In this document: piece by piece, positions 11,088-20,320 of the stretch
Numbering within the stretch: the first letter of the stretch is position 1
Layout of the letters: each line of letters starts with the position of its first letter
From: Anaerolineae bacterium
GTDB lineage: Bacteria > Chloroflexota > Anaerolineae > Aggregatilineales > Aggregatilineaceae
Assembly: GCA_016934195.1 (NCBI GenBank)
Contig: JAFGTJ010000030.1
Coordinates: 1-58,013, forward strand
DNA: 58,013 bases
Direction: 5' to 3'
Notes under the pieces: generated by a model
The model's database searches: none
Told to the model about the DNA's origin: nothing
The model's input: only the letters and a program-made list of their open reading frames with translations
Program-made: the position numbers and the translations under genes

Positions 11088-12125
11088 ATGTCCCTGATTA
11101 ATTACATCCAGACCCTGCCCAAAGCTGAATTACACGTTCACCTCGAAGGTTCCGTGCAACCGGACACGCTGCTCGAATTGGCGCAGCAAAACGGGGTTAC
11201 GCTGCCAGCCGCATCAGTGGACGGTTTGCGTGACTGGTACACCTACCGCGATTTCGATCATTTCATCGAAATCTTCTTCACGATCTGTCAGTGTCTGCAA
11301 ACGCCGGACGATTTCGCCCGCATCGCCTACGAATACGGGCGCAGCATGGCCGAAAACAACATCCGGTACGCCGAAGTCACCTGGACACCGTATACTCACG
11401 TCAACGAGCGGCTTTCCTGGGAAGCACTGCTGGCCGGAATCAATGCGGGGCGCGCGCGGGCCGAGCAGGAATGGGGCGTGATCATGCGCTGGATTACTGA
11501 TATTTCGCGGAACATGGTGGACAGCGCCGCCACAGTAACCGAGTGGGCGACTTCTCCTGAAGCGCGCGAAGGCGGCGTCGTGGCGCTTGGTCTGGGCGGG
11601 CCGGAGGTCAACTTTCCGCCCGAACTGTTCACCGATGCGTTTCAGATCGCCGTAGATCGGGGCCTGCACAGCAATCCCCACGCCGGAGAAACCATCGGGC
11701 CGGAAAGCATCTGGGGCGCGATCCGGGCGTTAAAAGCGGAACGGATCGGGCACGGGGTACGCGCCATCGAAGACCCGGCGCTGATCGCATATCTGGCCGA
11801 ACACCAGATTCCGCTGGAAGTGAATCCCACCAGCAACATTTGCCTGGGCGTGTTCCCGTCCTATGCTGAACATTCGCTGCGCCGGTTGGTAGACGCTGGA
11901 GTCTGCGTGACGATCAACTCAGACGATCCGGCGCTGTTCAACACCACGCTCACCGACGAATACCGCCACGCGATTGAGGACTGCGACCTGAGTCTGCAAG
12001 AACTGGAAACCACCGCGCTAAATGCCGTCCGCGCCAGCTATTTACCAGAAGACGACAAAGCCGCCATGCTCGCCACATTCCAGGCCGAATATAGCAGACT
12101 TCGTGCGCAATATGACCTATCATGA
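11088..12125 (+). CDS. add: adenosine deaminase
   Basis: LPKAELHVHLEGS metal-binding motif, HAGE, and SDDPALF near the C-terminus. Only 11 nt downstream of pyrG. Confidence 0.93.
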   Translation: MSLINYIQTLPKAELHVHLEGSVQPDTLLELAQQNGVTLPAASVDGLRDWYTYRDFDHFIEIFFTICQCLQTPDDFARIAYEYGRSMAENNIRYAEVTWTPYTHVNERLSWEALLAGINAGRARAEQEWGVIMRWITDISRNMVDSAATVTEWATSPEAREGGVVALGLGGPEVNFPPELFTDAFQIAVDRGLHSNPHAGETIGPESIWGAIRALKAERIGHGVRAIEDPALIAYLAEHQIPLEVNPTSNICLGVFPSYAEHSLRRLVDAGVCVTINSDDPALFNTTLTDEYRHAIEDCDLSLQELETTALNAVRASYLPEDDKAAMLATFQAEYSRLRAQYDLS

Positions 12126-12345
12126 AGGAGTGAATCCGGTGGATGACATAGAAACACTGTGGGCCAATATCCTGAGCCGTGACGCGGACCGAATCCGTGC
12201 CACCTGGGACGCACTCAACGCGGAGGAAAAAACCGCCGTCCGCGCTCACCTGACTCGGATGGTGACAGAACCGGATTGGAGCGAACCACAGCGCATCTCG
12301 GCCCAGGCTGCGCTGGACGCGCTGGAAAACGGTGAGGGGGAATAA
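12112..12345 (+). CDS. small hypothetical protein (77 aa)
   Basis: ORF overlapping the add stop. ATG at 12112, or an alternative GTG at 12139 that follows AAGGAG. No recognisable domain. Coding status rests on its position in the pyrG-add unit and a non-antisense composition. Confidence 0.45.
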   Translation: MTYHEGVNPVDDIETLWANILSRDADRIRATWDALNAEEKTAVRAHLTRMVTEPDWSEPQRISAQAALDALENGEGE

Positions 12346-12346
12346 C

Positions 12347-12374
12347 AGGGGCGCATCATACAGCCAACGCCCCT
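12347..12374. other. 7-bp GC-rich hairpin between convergent genes (no clear U-tract)
   Basis: AGGGGCG (12347-12353) pairs with CGCCCCT (12368-12374) around a 14-nt loop. An A-run follows on the + strand, so it is not a canonical terminator in either direction. Confidence 0.3.
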
Positions 12375-12397
12375 AAAAAACAACTTGAGGATAGATA

Positions 12398-12928
12398 CTA
12401 AGCGTTGCGGCGGCGGTCGATCAACTCGATGATCTGGAGCAGGACCTGCCGCACGCTCGATTTCTGGGTCGCCACACACGGCATGACCGTAATGTCCTCG
12501 CCCGGATTCATCCGGCGGCGCACCTCGGCCAGACTCACCGCGCCATCCAGGTCGGTTTTGTTTGCCACCACCAGATACGGCACATCATGGAAGCCGGAAA
12601 ACAGTTGGATCAGGTCTGCCGCATCGGGGAACGAGGGCGGGTCGGTGCTGTCCACCAACACAACAAACCCGTTCATTTCCCGTGCCAGAATTTCCCACAT
12701 GAAATCAAACCGCGCCTGACCGGGCGTGCCATTCAGGTGCAAAATCTTCCCATCCAGTTCCACACGGCCATAATCCATCGCCACCGTTGTTTCGGATTTA
12801 ATGCCGCGATCCTCGGTCGTAATTTTTCGTTCCGTTGTGACCACCGCGATATCCGAAATGGTGCTGATAAAGGCCGTCTTGCCCGAATTAAACGGGCCGG
12901 TGACAATCACTTTATACAGATTAGACAC
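12398..12928 (-). CDS. small GTPase, CvnD/MglA-type (COG2229-like)
   Basis: G1 GPFNSGKT, TTVAMDYGR (G2 region), G3 GTPGQARFDFMW, G4 ANKTDL. The TTVAMD.GR and GTPGQ.RF.FMW strings match my memory of Streptomyces CvnD proteins. Start placed at GTG 12926-12928, 5 nt after GGAGG; the track's TTG at 12940 is an alternative. Confidence 0.88.
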   Translation of the reverse strand: MSNLYKVIVTGPFNSGKTAFISTISDIAVVTTERKITTEDRGIKSETTVAMDYGRVELDGKILHLNGTPGQARFDFMWEILAREMNGFVVLVDSTDPPSFPDAADLIQLFSGFHDVPYLVVANKTDLDGAVSLAEVRRRMNPGEDITVMPCVATQKSSVRQVLLQIIELIDRRRNA

Positions 12929-12948
12929 AAACCCCTCCAACTTCCAGC

Positions 12949-13698
12949 CTACTCGTCGGCCTCATCCTTGTGCTTGAAATCGACAAAACGATACCCTACG
13001 CCGCGCTCGGTCAGAATATACCTGGGATCGGACGGGTCCTGCTCGATCTTTTCCCGTAAGTAATTGACGTACAGGCGGACGTAGTGGGTTTCGTCACGAT
13101 ATTCGTATCCCCACACTTTCGCTAACAACTGCTCGTGCGGCACCGTCCACCCGGCATTTTCGATCAGGTGATAGAGCAGCCGGTACTCGGTAGGCCGCAG
13201 CTTGATATGATTTCCCTGGACGATCACTTCCCGCCGGTTAAAATCCACGCTCAGCCGGTCGTCAATGGTCAAAACGGCCTGTTCCGGCGAAGCGCTAGGC
13301 ATATCGGCACGGCGCAGCACGGCCCGTAACCGGCTGGACAGTTCGCGCGAACCAAACGGCTTGGTGATGTAATCGTCCGCGCCCAATTCCAGGCCGTACA
13401 CTTTATCGTCTTCCTCACCCTTCGCCGTGAGCATAATCACCGGCAGATTCGAGAACTCGCGCAGCATTCGCAGCGTCTCGAACCCGTCCAACTCCGGCAT
13501 CATCACGTCCAGCAGCACCAGGTCCGGCAGTTGGGTTCGGATCACTTCCAGGGCTTTGACCCCGGTATGGGCTTCCAACACTTGAAACCCCTCAAGCTCC
13601 AGGTTCATACGAATGAAGCCAATCATGCGCGGCTCATCATCCACCACCAGGATACGTTTGACATCACGGGGGACAGCACGCGGCGGTTTACCCGACAT
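12949..13698 (-). CDS. OmpR/PhoB-family response regulator (intact receiver + winged helix)
   Basis: [31 protein letters not shown]; C-terminal [12 protein letters not shown]...GVGYRF. No histidine kinase gene anywhere in the window. Confidence 0.92.
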   Translation of the reverse strand: MSGKPPRAVPRDVKRILVVDDEPRMIGFIRMNLELEGFQVLEAHTGVKALEVIRTQLPDLVLLDVMMPELDGFETLRMLREFSNLPVIMLTAKGEEDDKVYGLELGADDYITKPFGSRELSSRLRAVLRRADMPSASPEQAVLTIDDRLSVDFNRREVIVQGNHIKLRPTEYRLLYHLIENAGWTVPHEQLLAKVWGYEYRDETHYVRLYVNYLREKIEQDPSDPRYILTERGVGYRFVDFKHKDEADE

Positions 13699-13746
13699 AG
13701 CTCAACCTTTTCCGTTCCATATACAGTCCAACCCACGACCCATACG

Positions 13747-13986
13747 CTAATCGACGAACGGGCCTTCGATTTCCTCTTCATCACCGGACGGCATGACTTC
13801 AATGAAGTTGATACGCCACCAGGGAACAATGATCGTTTGCACTTCGGGCAGAACATAGTGCAGGTCTTTGCCATCACGACGGCGCGGGTTTATACAATAG
13901 AGCACCTGATCGGCGGGTGCTGGCAATTCCTCGGTTTCGGCCATAATCGCTTCTTCGTTTGCAACATGAATCAACAGCGTATACAT
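13747..13986 (-). CDS. 79-aa hypothetical protein with acidic C-terminal tail
   Basis: ATG preceded by GAGGTAA at a good spacing. Sits 9 nt after the FHA gene stop and 48 nt before the regulator gene. No domain recognised. Confidence 0.5.
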   Translation of the reverse strand: MYTLLIHVANEEAIMAETEELPAPADQVLYCINPRRRDGKDLHYVLPEVQTIIVPWWRINFIEVMPSGDEEEIEGPFVD

Positions 13987-13995
13987 TCCATTACC

Positions 13996-14496
13996 TCATT
14001 TGAAAAAGATGTGCAGAGCCAGCTTGCCCAAACGGATCTCGTCACCATCACGCAGCACACGCGGCTGGTTCGGGATCAGGCGCTGGCCGTTCAGGTGCGT
14101 GCCATTGGTACTTCCCAGGTCCACCAGCGTGAGCGTATCCTCTCCCCGCCGGATAAACGCATGACGGCGCGAAACACCCTGCTCTGCTCCGCCATACGAG
14201 CCAAGATCGAGATCGGGCAGCAAGCCGGTATTGGTATCTGACCGTCCCACCAGAATCTCATCTTTGGCTTCAAGAACGACCGGAGTTTCATGGTCGCGTA
14301 CATGAATGACAATCGATGAGCCACGATCAAAGCGGGCGGTCCCCCACGTCACGCGGCCCTGAAAATTCGCCTGATCCGCATCAATCAGCTTGCTGGTCGC
14401 CAACACTTCCCGCTCGCCCACAAACGGGTGCCCGCATTCTTCACAGAACAAAACGCCTTCGCGGTTGTCGTGCGCGCAGTACGGACACGTCCTCAT
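13996..14496 (-). CDS. zinc-ribbon + FHA domain protein
   Basis: N-terminal CPYC...CEEC ribbon. C-terminal FHA signature ILVGRSD...VSRRHAFI...LVDLGSTNGTHLNGQRL. The start overlaps the upstream stop (TGATG at 14494-14498). Confidence 0.9.
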   Translation of the reverse strand: MRTCPYCAHDNREGVLFCEECGHPFVGEREVLATSKLIDADQANFQGRVTWGTARFDRGSSIVIHVRDHETPVVLEAKDEILVGRSDTNTGLLPDLDLGSYGGAEQGVSRRHAFIRRGEDTLTLVDLGSTNGTHLNGQRLIPNQPRVLRDGDEIRLGKLALHIFFK

Positions 14497-15980
14497 CAGT
14501 CTTCCGCCCCAGGTTCAGGTAAAGCCAGCAGCCGCCGGGTGCCAAACTTCAAGGTCTTGCGTCCTTCCTCGGACAGCATGTGGGTCTTGGACACACGACG
14601 CGCCTCCACAATTGCCATCTGGGCCAGGTCTTCTTGACCGGCAGCTAACAGCCGCGTTGCCAGATTTTCCAGTCGCCGGGTGGCCTCGACCACATTACCA
14701 CTCGTGGCGGCAGCCTCGGCCTTCTGCTGCATCCGGTACAGTGTCAATTTGCCCAGCGCATCCAAAATAGCCATCGGTGGTTCCTCTGGCGTCGGATCGC
14801 GGGCAATTTCAACCGAAATGTCGCTCAGAACCTTGTACCCCTGACGCTCAATGCCCAGAATATCGCCGGTCACATCCAGGCGGGCGACCGTCCGAAACCC
14901 GGTACGGGCGCTCGGCGGCATTTGCATCTGGAGCAGCACCGAAATCGGGCGGCTGAATTCCAGCGATCCGATAGGAATCGGCTGCGGACTGATCTCGACC
15001 GGTTGGGGACTGGGCTGTAACTTAAAAACCGATTCGAGCGACACATCGGCATCAGGCGCAGTCGAAAGACGCATCCGTTCACCGAAGGCCGATCCCAGGC
15101 TGCGCACCCGGTCATTCAGAAAACCCACAACCGCCGCTGGTGAGTTGATATAGGCCGATGCGCCGCCCGTGCGTGAGGCCAACGAATCGAGAAAGGCGTC
15201 ATTCCATTCCTCGCCAATACCCATTGCGCTGATCCCGATGCCTTCTTTATTGGCCTTATCAGCCAATTCAAGACATTGGTCTTCATCACCGAATGTCCGG
15301 CCATCGGTGAGCAGGATTACATGATTGACCAGGCGCGGACCAAGATAACGACGGCATTGATCAACCCCGGCCTTCAACCCGTGATAAATCTCGGTTCCGC
15401 CGTCGGCGCGCATCATGCTCACCATCGTTCGCAATCCGGCCTTATCGGTGACAGGAGCCGACGGGATCAACACATCTGCACGATCACTAAAGCTCACGAC
15501 GGATAGCACATCATCCGGGGATAACTGTTCGATGATCTGGCGACCCGCAATCTTGACTTTATCCAGCCGCATACCTTTCATCGACGTGCTGCGATCCAAT
15601 ACCAACACCAAGTTCAATCGCGCTTCTTTGGTCTGCTGCTGGGTATCGTGCCGCATGGGCACGATCTCCAACAACAGGTAAATTACCTGGGGTTCATCCA
15701 GCGCATTCAGAACCCGTTTGCTCGGCGTCACCCGCAGCGTGAAGTAGTTTGGCTCATCCCGATATTTACGCCGGGACGTGTCATAACGGACCCGCTGACG
15801 CGAGTTCCCCAGTATCTCATATGCCGCTGCGATATCGCGGAACTGGATATCAGCCCCTTCATTCGGGTTGGCGTCGGGATGGAACCGGCGAGCCGCGACT
15901 CGATAGGCTTCGCGAATATCCTCTTGAGTCGCCTCAGGGGGTATACCCAAAATTGCATACAGGTTGCGCGATGCGTCCAT
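14496..15980 (-). CDS. J-domain (DnaJ-like) + von Willebrand factor A domain protein
   Basis: N-terminal NLYAILGIPPEATQEDIREAYRVAARRFHPDANP, with the HPD tripeptide. vWA MIDAS string LVLDRSTSM (DxSxS), then ADGGTEI and LLTDGRTFGD. About 200 aa at the C-terminus are unassigned. Confidence 0.88.
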   Translation of the reverse strand: MDASRNLYAILGIPPEATQEDIREAYRVAARRFHPDANPNEGADIQFRDIAAAYEILGNSRQRVRYDTSRRKYRDEPNYFTLRVTPSKRVLNALDEPQVIYLLLEIVPMRHDTQQQTKEARLNLVLVLDRSTSMKGMRLDKVKIAGRQIIEQLSPDDVLSVVSFSDRADVLIPSAPVTDKAGLRTMVSMMRADGGTEIYHGLKAGVDQCRRYLGPRLVNHVILLTDGRTFGDEDQCLELADKANKEGIGISAMGIGEEWNDAFLDSLASRTGGASAYINSPAAVVGFLNDRVRSLGSAFGERMRLSTAPDADVSLESVFKLQPSPQPVEISPQPIPIGSLEFSRPISVLLQMQMPPSARTGFRTVARLDVTGDILGIERQGYKVLSDISVEIARDPTPEEPPMAILDALGKLTLYRMQQKAEAAATSGNVVEATRRLENLATRLLAAGQEDLAQMAIVEARRVSKTHMLSEEGRKTLKFGTRRLLALPEPGAED

Positions 15981-15988
15981 GAAGCGCC

Positions 15989-17038
15989 TTAACCCGGAAC
16001 ATAAACGAGAATGACCGTAATATTATCCGGCCCGCCTCGATCATTTGCCATTTGAACCAGCGTGTTACATGCGGTTTGCGGATCGCTGTGCTGAGATACC
16101 GTGCCCAGAATCACGTCTTCCGAAACCATGTTCCACAACCCATCGCTGCACAATAAGAGCCGGGACCGGGGATGCAAACGGCGCGTAATCGCGTCCACGT
16201 CCAACGAGTCGCTCTGCCCAATGGCGCGGTACAACACGTTGCGCTGAGGGTGATCCGGCACCTCTTCCGGCGTTAATTGATCCAGCTCAATCAAGCGCTG
16301 CACCAACGTATGATCGCGGGTCACTTGTTCAATACCTTCATCCGTGATCAGGTACGCACGGCTGTCGCCCACATGCGCGATATACGCCAGGTCCCCCACA
16401 ATCACGGCAGCGGTGACGGTCGTGCCACCTTCGGGAATCGCCTCCGTCACCGCATCGTTGGCTTCTTGCACAGCGGCGCGCAGCGTATCGGAGATAGAAG
16501 GCTGGTCCGGGTCGTTCATTTCAAGCCTGAGCATGGAAGTCAATATCTGGTTGAGCACATACTGGGTCACAATCCGAACCGTGATGGATGAAGCACGTTC
16601 ACCTTCCTGGTGACCGCCCATACCATCCGCGACCACGAACAACCCGAAGTCGGGCACGTCATCGTTGCTGGTACTGGTAGCCACTATCCCCATCATGGCA
16701 TCCTGATTATTGCCGCGCTGCATCCCCACATCGCTTAACTGACCAAATTGCAAGCGTTCGCCCGGCTTGGGAATAACCGTTTCAAGCGGCGGCAAAGGGC
16801 GGGTTCCTAACTCGGCCAAATCGTTTTTTTCATCAGGGGGCACCAGCGGCGTATCAGGCGCGACTACCTGAACCGCCTCAACCTCCACACCCGCCTTTGA
16901 TTGGACCGGAACTTCAACCACCGGCTCAGGCGGCGCGCTAGGGGCAGTATCTTCATGCGTGATGATAATGCCATCTTCTTTTTCAGAGGGGACACTGGAG
17001 TTATCGGGCAAACCCAGCACACGGCGTAAGAAATCCAT
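15989..17038 (-). CDS. PP2C-family Ser/Thr phosphatase
   Basis: About 100 aa of Pro/Val-rich linker, then DVGMQRGNNQDA, VVADGMGGHQEGERAS, LLCSDGLW, GGPDNITVILV. Confidence 0.92.
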   Translation of the reverse strand: MDFLRRVLGLPDNSSVPSEKEDGIIITHEDTAPSAPPEPVVEVPVQSKAGVEVEAVQVVAPDTPLVPPDEKNDLAELGTRPLPPLETVIPKPGERLQFGQLSDVGMQRGNNQDAMMGIVATSTSNDDVPDFGLFVVADGMGGHQEGERASSITVRIVTQYVLNQILTSMLRLEMNDPDQPSISDTLRAAVQEANDAVTEAIPEGGTTVTAAVIVGDLAYIAHVGDSRAYLITDEGIEQVTRDHTLVQRLIELDQLTPEEVPDHPQRNVLYRAIGQSDSLDVDAITRRLHPRSRLLLCSDGLWNMVSEDVILGTVSQHSDPQTACNTLVQMANDRGGPDNITVILVYVPG

Positions 17039-17057
17039 AGGTGTTTTCTCCGGCAGG

Positions 17058-18965
17058 TCACGCTTTCAGCGCGTAAACTTGATGATCCATAGACCCAATG
17101 TACACAATGCCGTCATGGACAGCAGGGGACGAGGTGATTTTGCCCTTTGTCTTATAACTCCAGCGCAGTTGGCCCGTTTTAGCATCCAGGCAATAAACTT
17201 GTTTATCAACTCCACCGAAATACACCGCACCTTCCACAAACACCGGCGACGAGGTGATCTGGCCTTCGGTTTCAAAGTGCCAGCGCTCTTTACCGCTAGC
17301 GGCTTCGATGGCGTACAGGCTTCCATCAACCGACCCAATATAAATCCGGTCATCGCCGTACACGGGGGAAGACACAATCGGCTTATTGGTGCGCAGCGCC
17401 CAGGCTTTCCAACCCCGCGTGATATCGAGGGCGTAGACGTGCCAATCCATTGAGCCGAAGAATACCAGTCCTTCGTGTGCGGTCGGGGATGACGACACAC
17501 CCCGTTTGGCCTTAAACCGCCAGACAACCTGCCCTGACAGATCGATCCCCGCCACATACCCGGATTCCTGACCAACAACGATCAATTCGCCGGTAACGAG
17601 GGGGCGGGTACGAATGGGATCGCCGCCTTCCCACACCCACTGGATTCTGCCTGTTGCCAGCCGGATCGCATAGAGATTGCCATCATCGCTGCCGAAAAAT
17701 ACATGCCCGTGCATGACCGTCGGGGAAGACTGAACCGGCCCCTTGGTCGCCACAGACCAGGACAATTGGCCGGTACGCATATCGACCGCATACAGCGAAT
17801 GATCCAGCGAGCCGTATAACACCAGATTCTCATCCTCGGCCACCGCAGGTGAGGACACAATCCCCTGATCAGTGGGATATTTCCAGCGGAAGGAACCGTC
17901 ACTGATATTTATGGCATACAGGTTGTTATCTTGCGCGCCGACATATAACACGCCCTTGTGAACGACCGGCGAGGAACGAATTTCATCCTCACAGGCAAAT
18001 GTCCACACCGGCTGAATCCCTTCCTCGGACCATTCAGCCACAGTTTCATCGGAAACCGTATCGGCGCTCACAAACGGCATACCAACCACGACCTGGGGCT
18101 TCTGGAGCTTTTGCAGCGCATCGCGCATCGCCGATGCATTGGGATACCGGTCATCCGGCTTAAAGCTCAGCGCGCGCATGATCACGGCATCCAGGTCCGG
18201 CGACACATTCGAATTCGCCTCACGAATGGGACGCTCGGCAAACGTAAAGGGCGGCTCAAGACGCGGATCGCGCCGGGTCAAGATGTGGTGAATAGTCGCC
18301 CCCACCCCATACACATCACTGGCGGGACTGGCCTCGCCCCGGTACTGCTCCGGCGCTGAATAGCCCTCTGTGCCAATCATGGTCCCTTTTTGGCCTGCCT
18401 GGAAAATCTTGGCGATGCCAAAGTCCACCAACCGGATGCGATCATGTTGATCGATCATGATATTGGACGGCTTCACATCTCGGAAGATGATGGGTTCCGG
18501 CTCCTGCTGGTGCAGATAGCCCAATACATCACAAATTTCCACCGCCCACTGTAACACCATCTCGACCGGGAGCATATCTTGAGTCGAATTGATGATTTGT
18601 TCCAGGTCACGCCCGTTAATGTATTCCATCACCAGGTAGGCGCGCGTTTTGCTGGGGAAATAGTCGTAGATTTCGGGCACCGCCGGGTGATTCAGCGAGG
18701 CCAGCATATCCGACTCGCGCTCGAATGTTTTCAGGGTCATTTCACGCATGGCCTGATCGGTCGTCAGATTCAACATTTCCTTGACCGCGACATGCCGGAC
18801 CACGTTGGGAAAACGCAAGTCCCTGGCCTGGTAGACGGACCCCATACCGCCAACGCCGATCACGCCTGTGATGCGATAACGCCCTTGCAGCACAGCCCCC
18901 GGCTGAAGCGCATTGTCGCCTGGTTGTTCAGGCATGTTTCTGGCGAACTTCTGTGTATCGACCAT
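17058..18965 (-). CDS. Ser/Thr protein kinase with C-terminal PQQ-like beta-propeller repeats
   Basis: GVGGMGSVY, VAVKEM, FRDVKPSNIMI (F replaces the usual H of HRD), VDFGIAK, GTEGYSAPE. About 8 repeats of the ...LYA(I/V/L)D... PQQ-propeller type follow. No TM segment. Start re-set to the ATG at 18965 (AGAGG upstream); the track's start at 18974 is a TTG. Confidence 0.93.
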   Translation of the reverse strand: MVDTQKFARNMPEQPGDNALQPGAVLQGRYRITGVIGVGGMGSVYQARDLRFPNVVRHVAVKEMLNLTTDQAMREMTLKTFERESDMLASLNHPAVPEIYDYFPSKTRAYLVMEYINGRDLEQIINSTQDMLPVEMVLQWAVEICDVLGYLHQQEPEPIIFRDVKPSNIMIDQHDRIRLVDFGIAKIFQAGQKGTMIGTEGYSAPEQYRGEASPASDVYGVGATIHHILTRRDPRLEPPFTFAERPIREANSNVSPDLDAVIMRALSFKPDDRYPNASAMRDALQKLQKPQVVVGMPFVSADTVSDETVAEWSEEGIQPVWTFACEDEIRSSPVVHKGVLYVGAQDNNLYAINISDGSFRWKYPTDQGIVSSPAVAEDENLVLYGSLDHSLYAVDMRTGQLSWSVATKGPVQSSPTVMHGHVFFGSDDGNLYAIRLATGRIQWVWEGGDPIRTRPLVTGELIVVGQESGYVAGIDLSGQVVWRFKAKRGVSSSPTAHEGLVFFGSMDWHVYALDITRGWKAWALRTNKPIVSSPVYGDDRIYIGSVDGSLYAIEAASGKERWHFETEGQITSSPVFVEGAVYFGGVDKQVYCLDAKTGQLRWSYKTKGKITSSPAVHDGIVYIGSMDHQVYALKA

Positions 18966-19097
18966 CGAGTACAACCTCTACTTCATCCAAATTGAGCGGG
19001 AGCGTGGGGCACTTAGCGCCTGGATGTCAACCTGTTTTGTGGTTATTATAGTGTCGCTATAGGGTTCTCGCAATTGCACTGCGAGAGGAATAATACC

Positions 19098-20303
19098 ATG
19101 ATACCTCGTCAACCCCACATCCCTAACCCTACAACAACTTATCAATATTTGCTAGCCCTCTATATTCATGTCCCATTTTGCCGAACACGCTGCACTTACT
19201 GCGCGTTCAACACGTACACCGGACAATCAGGGCATATACCGGCCTACCTGGATGCGCTGCGGCGCGAAGTCAATCTCGTGACCGGCCAGGATCGCCCTCC
19301 GGCCCACACAATCTACTTTGGCGGCGGCACGCCCAGTCTGCTCCTGGCGGAACAAGTTGGCGCGCTGCTGCGCCATTATGCGGCGCGTTTTACATTGGCA
19401 CCGGATACCGAAATCACCCTGGAAGCGAATCCCGGCACGGTAGACCAACCGTATCTAAACAAACTCAGACAAGCCGGAGTCAATCGCCTGAGTGTCGGGA
19501 TGCAGTCGGCTCACGAACGAGAATTAAAACTGTTTGGACGGCGGCACCACCTGGAACACGTCAGCGCAACGGTCCGCATGGCGCGCGCGGCGGGTTTCGA
19601 CAACATCAGCCTGGACCTGATCTATGGTGTGCCCGACCAAACCCTGGCAATGTGGCAGGCCAGCATCCAAACCGCCCTCCGCCTGCAACCGGATCACCTG
19701 TCGCTGTACAGCCTGGGTCTCGAAGAAGGCACCCCCCTGTACCGTTCGGTGATAGAAGGCCAACTCGCCGATCCCGATCCCGACCTGGCGGCGGATATGT
19801 ACGAATGGGCGTCGGATTACTTGGCCGCACAAGGATTTGAACAATACGAAATCAGCAATTGGGCCAGACCGGGCGCGACCTGCCGCCATAACGTCCACGT
19901 CTGGCGCAACCAACCGTACCTGGGATTCGGGGCAGGCGCGCACGGCTACTCTAACGCGACCCGCTACGCTAACGTGGACCATCCCCAGGCATACATCGAG
20001 CGCATCCAGGCGCAACCGGAACCGCTGCGCTTCCCGCTCTCGGCAGCGGCGGAAACGGTCGAATCCGTAGATCAGCAGCAGCATATGAGCGACATGATGC
20101 TGATGGGACTGCGGCTCACCCGCGATGGTATCACGGCAGATGACTTTCATGCCCAATGCGGGCGCAATTTATGGGACGCATTCGGCGCGGAACTGAACCG
20201 GCTGATCGGCACAGGGCTGCTCGAACATACTACCGACGGGCATATCCGGCTGACCCAGCGGGCGCGCCTGATCAGCAACCAGGTTTTTATGGCATTCGTC
20301 TAG
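19098..20303 (+). CDS. hemW: radical SAM HemW/HemN-like heme chaperone (coproporphyrinogen III oxidase family)
   Basis: LYIHVPFCRTRCTYCAF (CxxxCxxC), YFGGGTPS, HemN C-terminal-like region. Start re-set to the ATG at 19098 after GAGAGGAA. Confidence 0.88.
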   Translation: MIPRQPHIPNPTTTYQYLLALYIHVPFCRTRCTYCAFNTYTGQSGHIPAYLDALRREVNLVTGQDRPPAHTIYFGGGTPSLLLAEQVGALLRHYAARFTLAPDTEITLEANPGTVDQPYLNKLRQAGVNRLSVGMQSAHERELKLFGRRHHLEHVSATVRMARAAGFDNISLDLIYGVPDQTLAMWQASIQTALRLQPDHLSLYSLGLEEGTPLYRSVIEGQLADPDPDLAADMYEWASDYLAAQGFEQYEISNWARPGATCRHNVHVWRNQPYLGFGAGAHGYSNATRYANVDHPQAYIERIQAQPEPLRFPLSAAAETVESVDQQQHMSDMMLMGLRLTRDGITADDFHAQCGRNLWDAFGAELNRLIGTGLLEHTTDGHIRLTQRARLISNQVFMAFV

Positions 20304-20320
20304 ATTTTGGAAGGTGAGCT

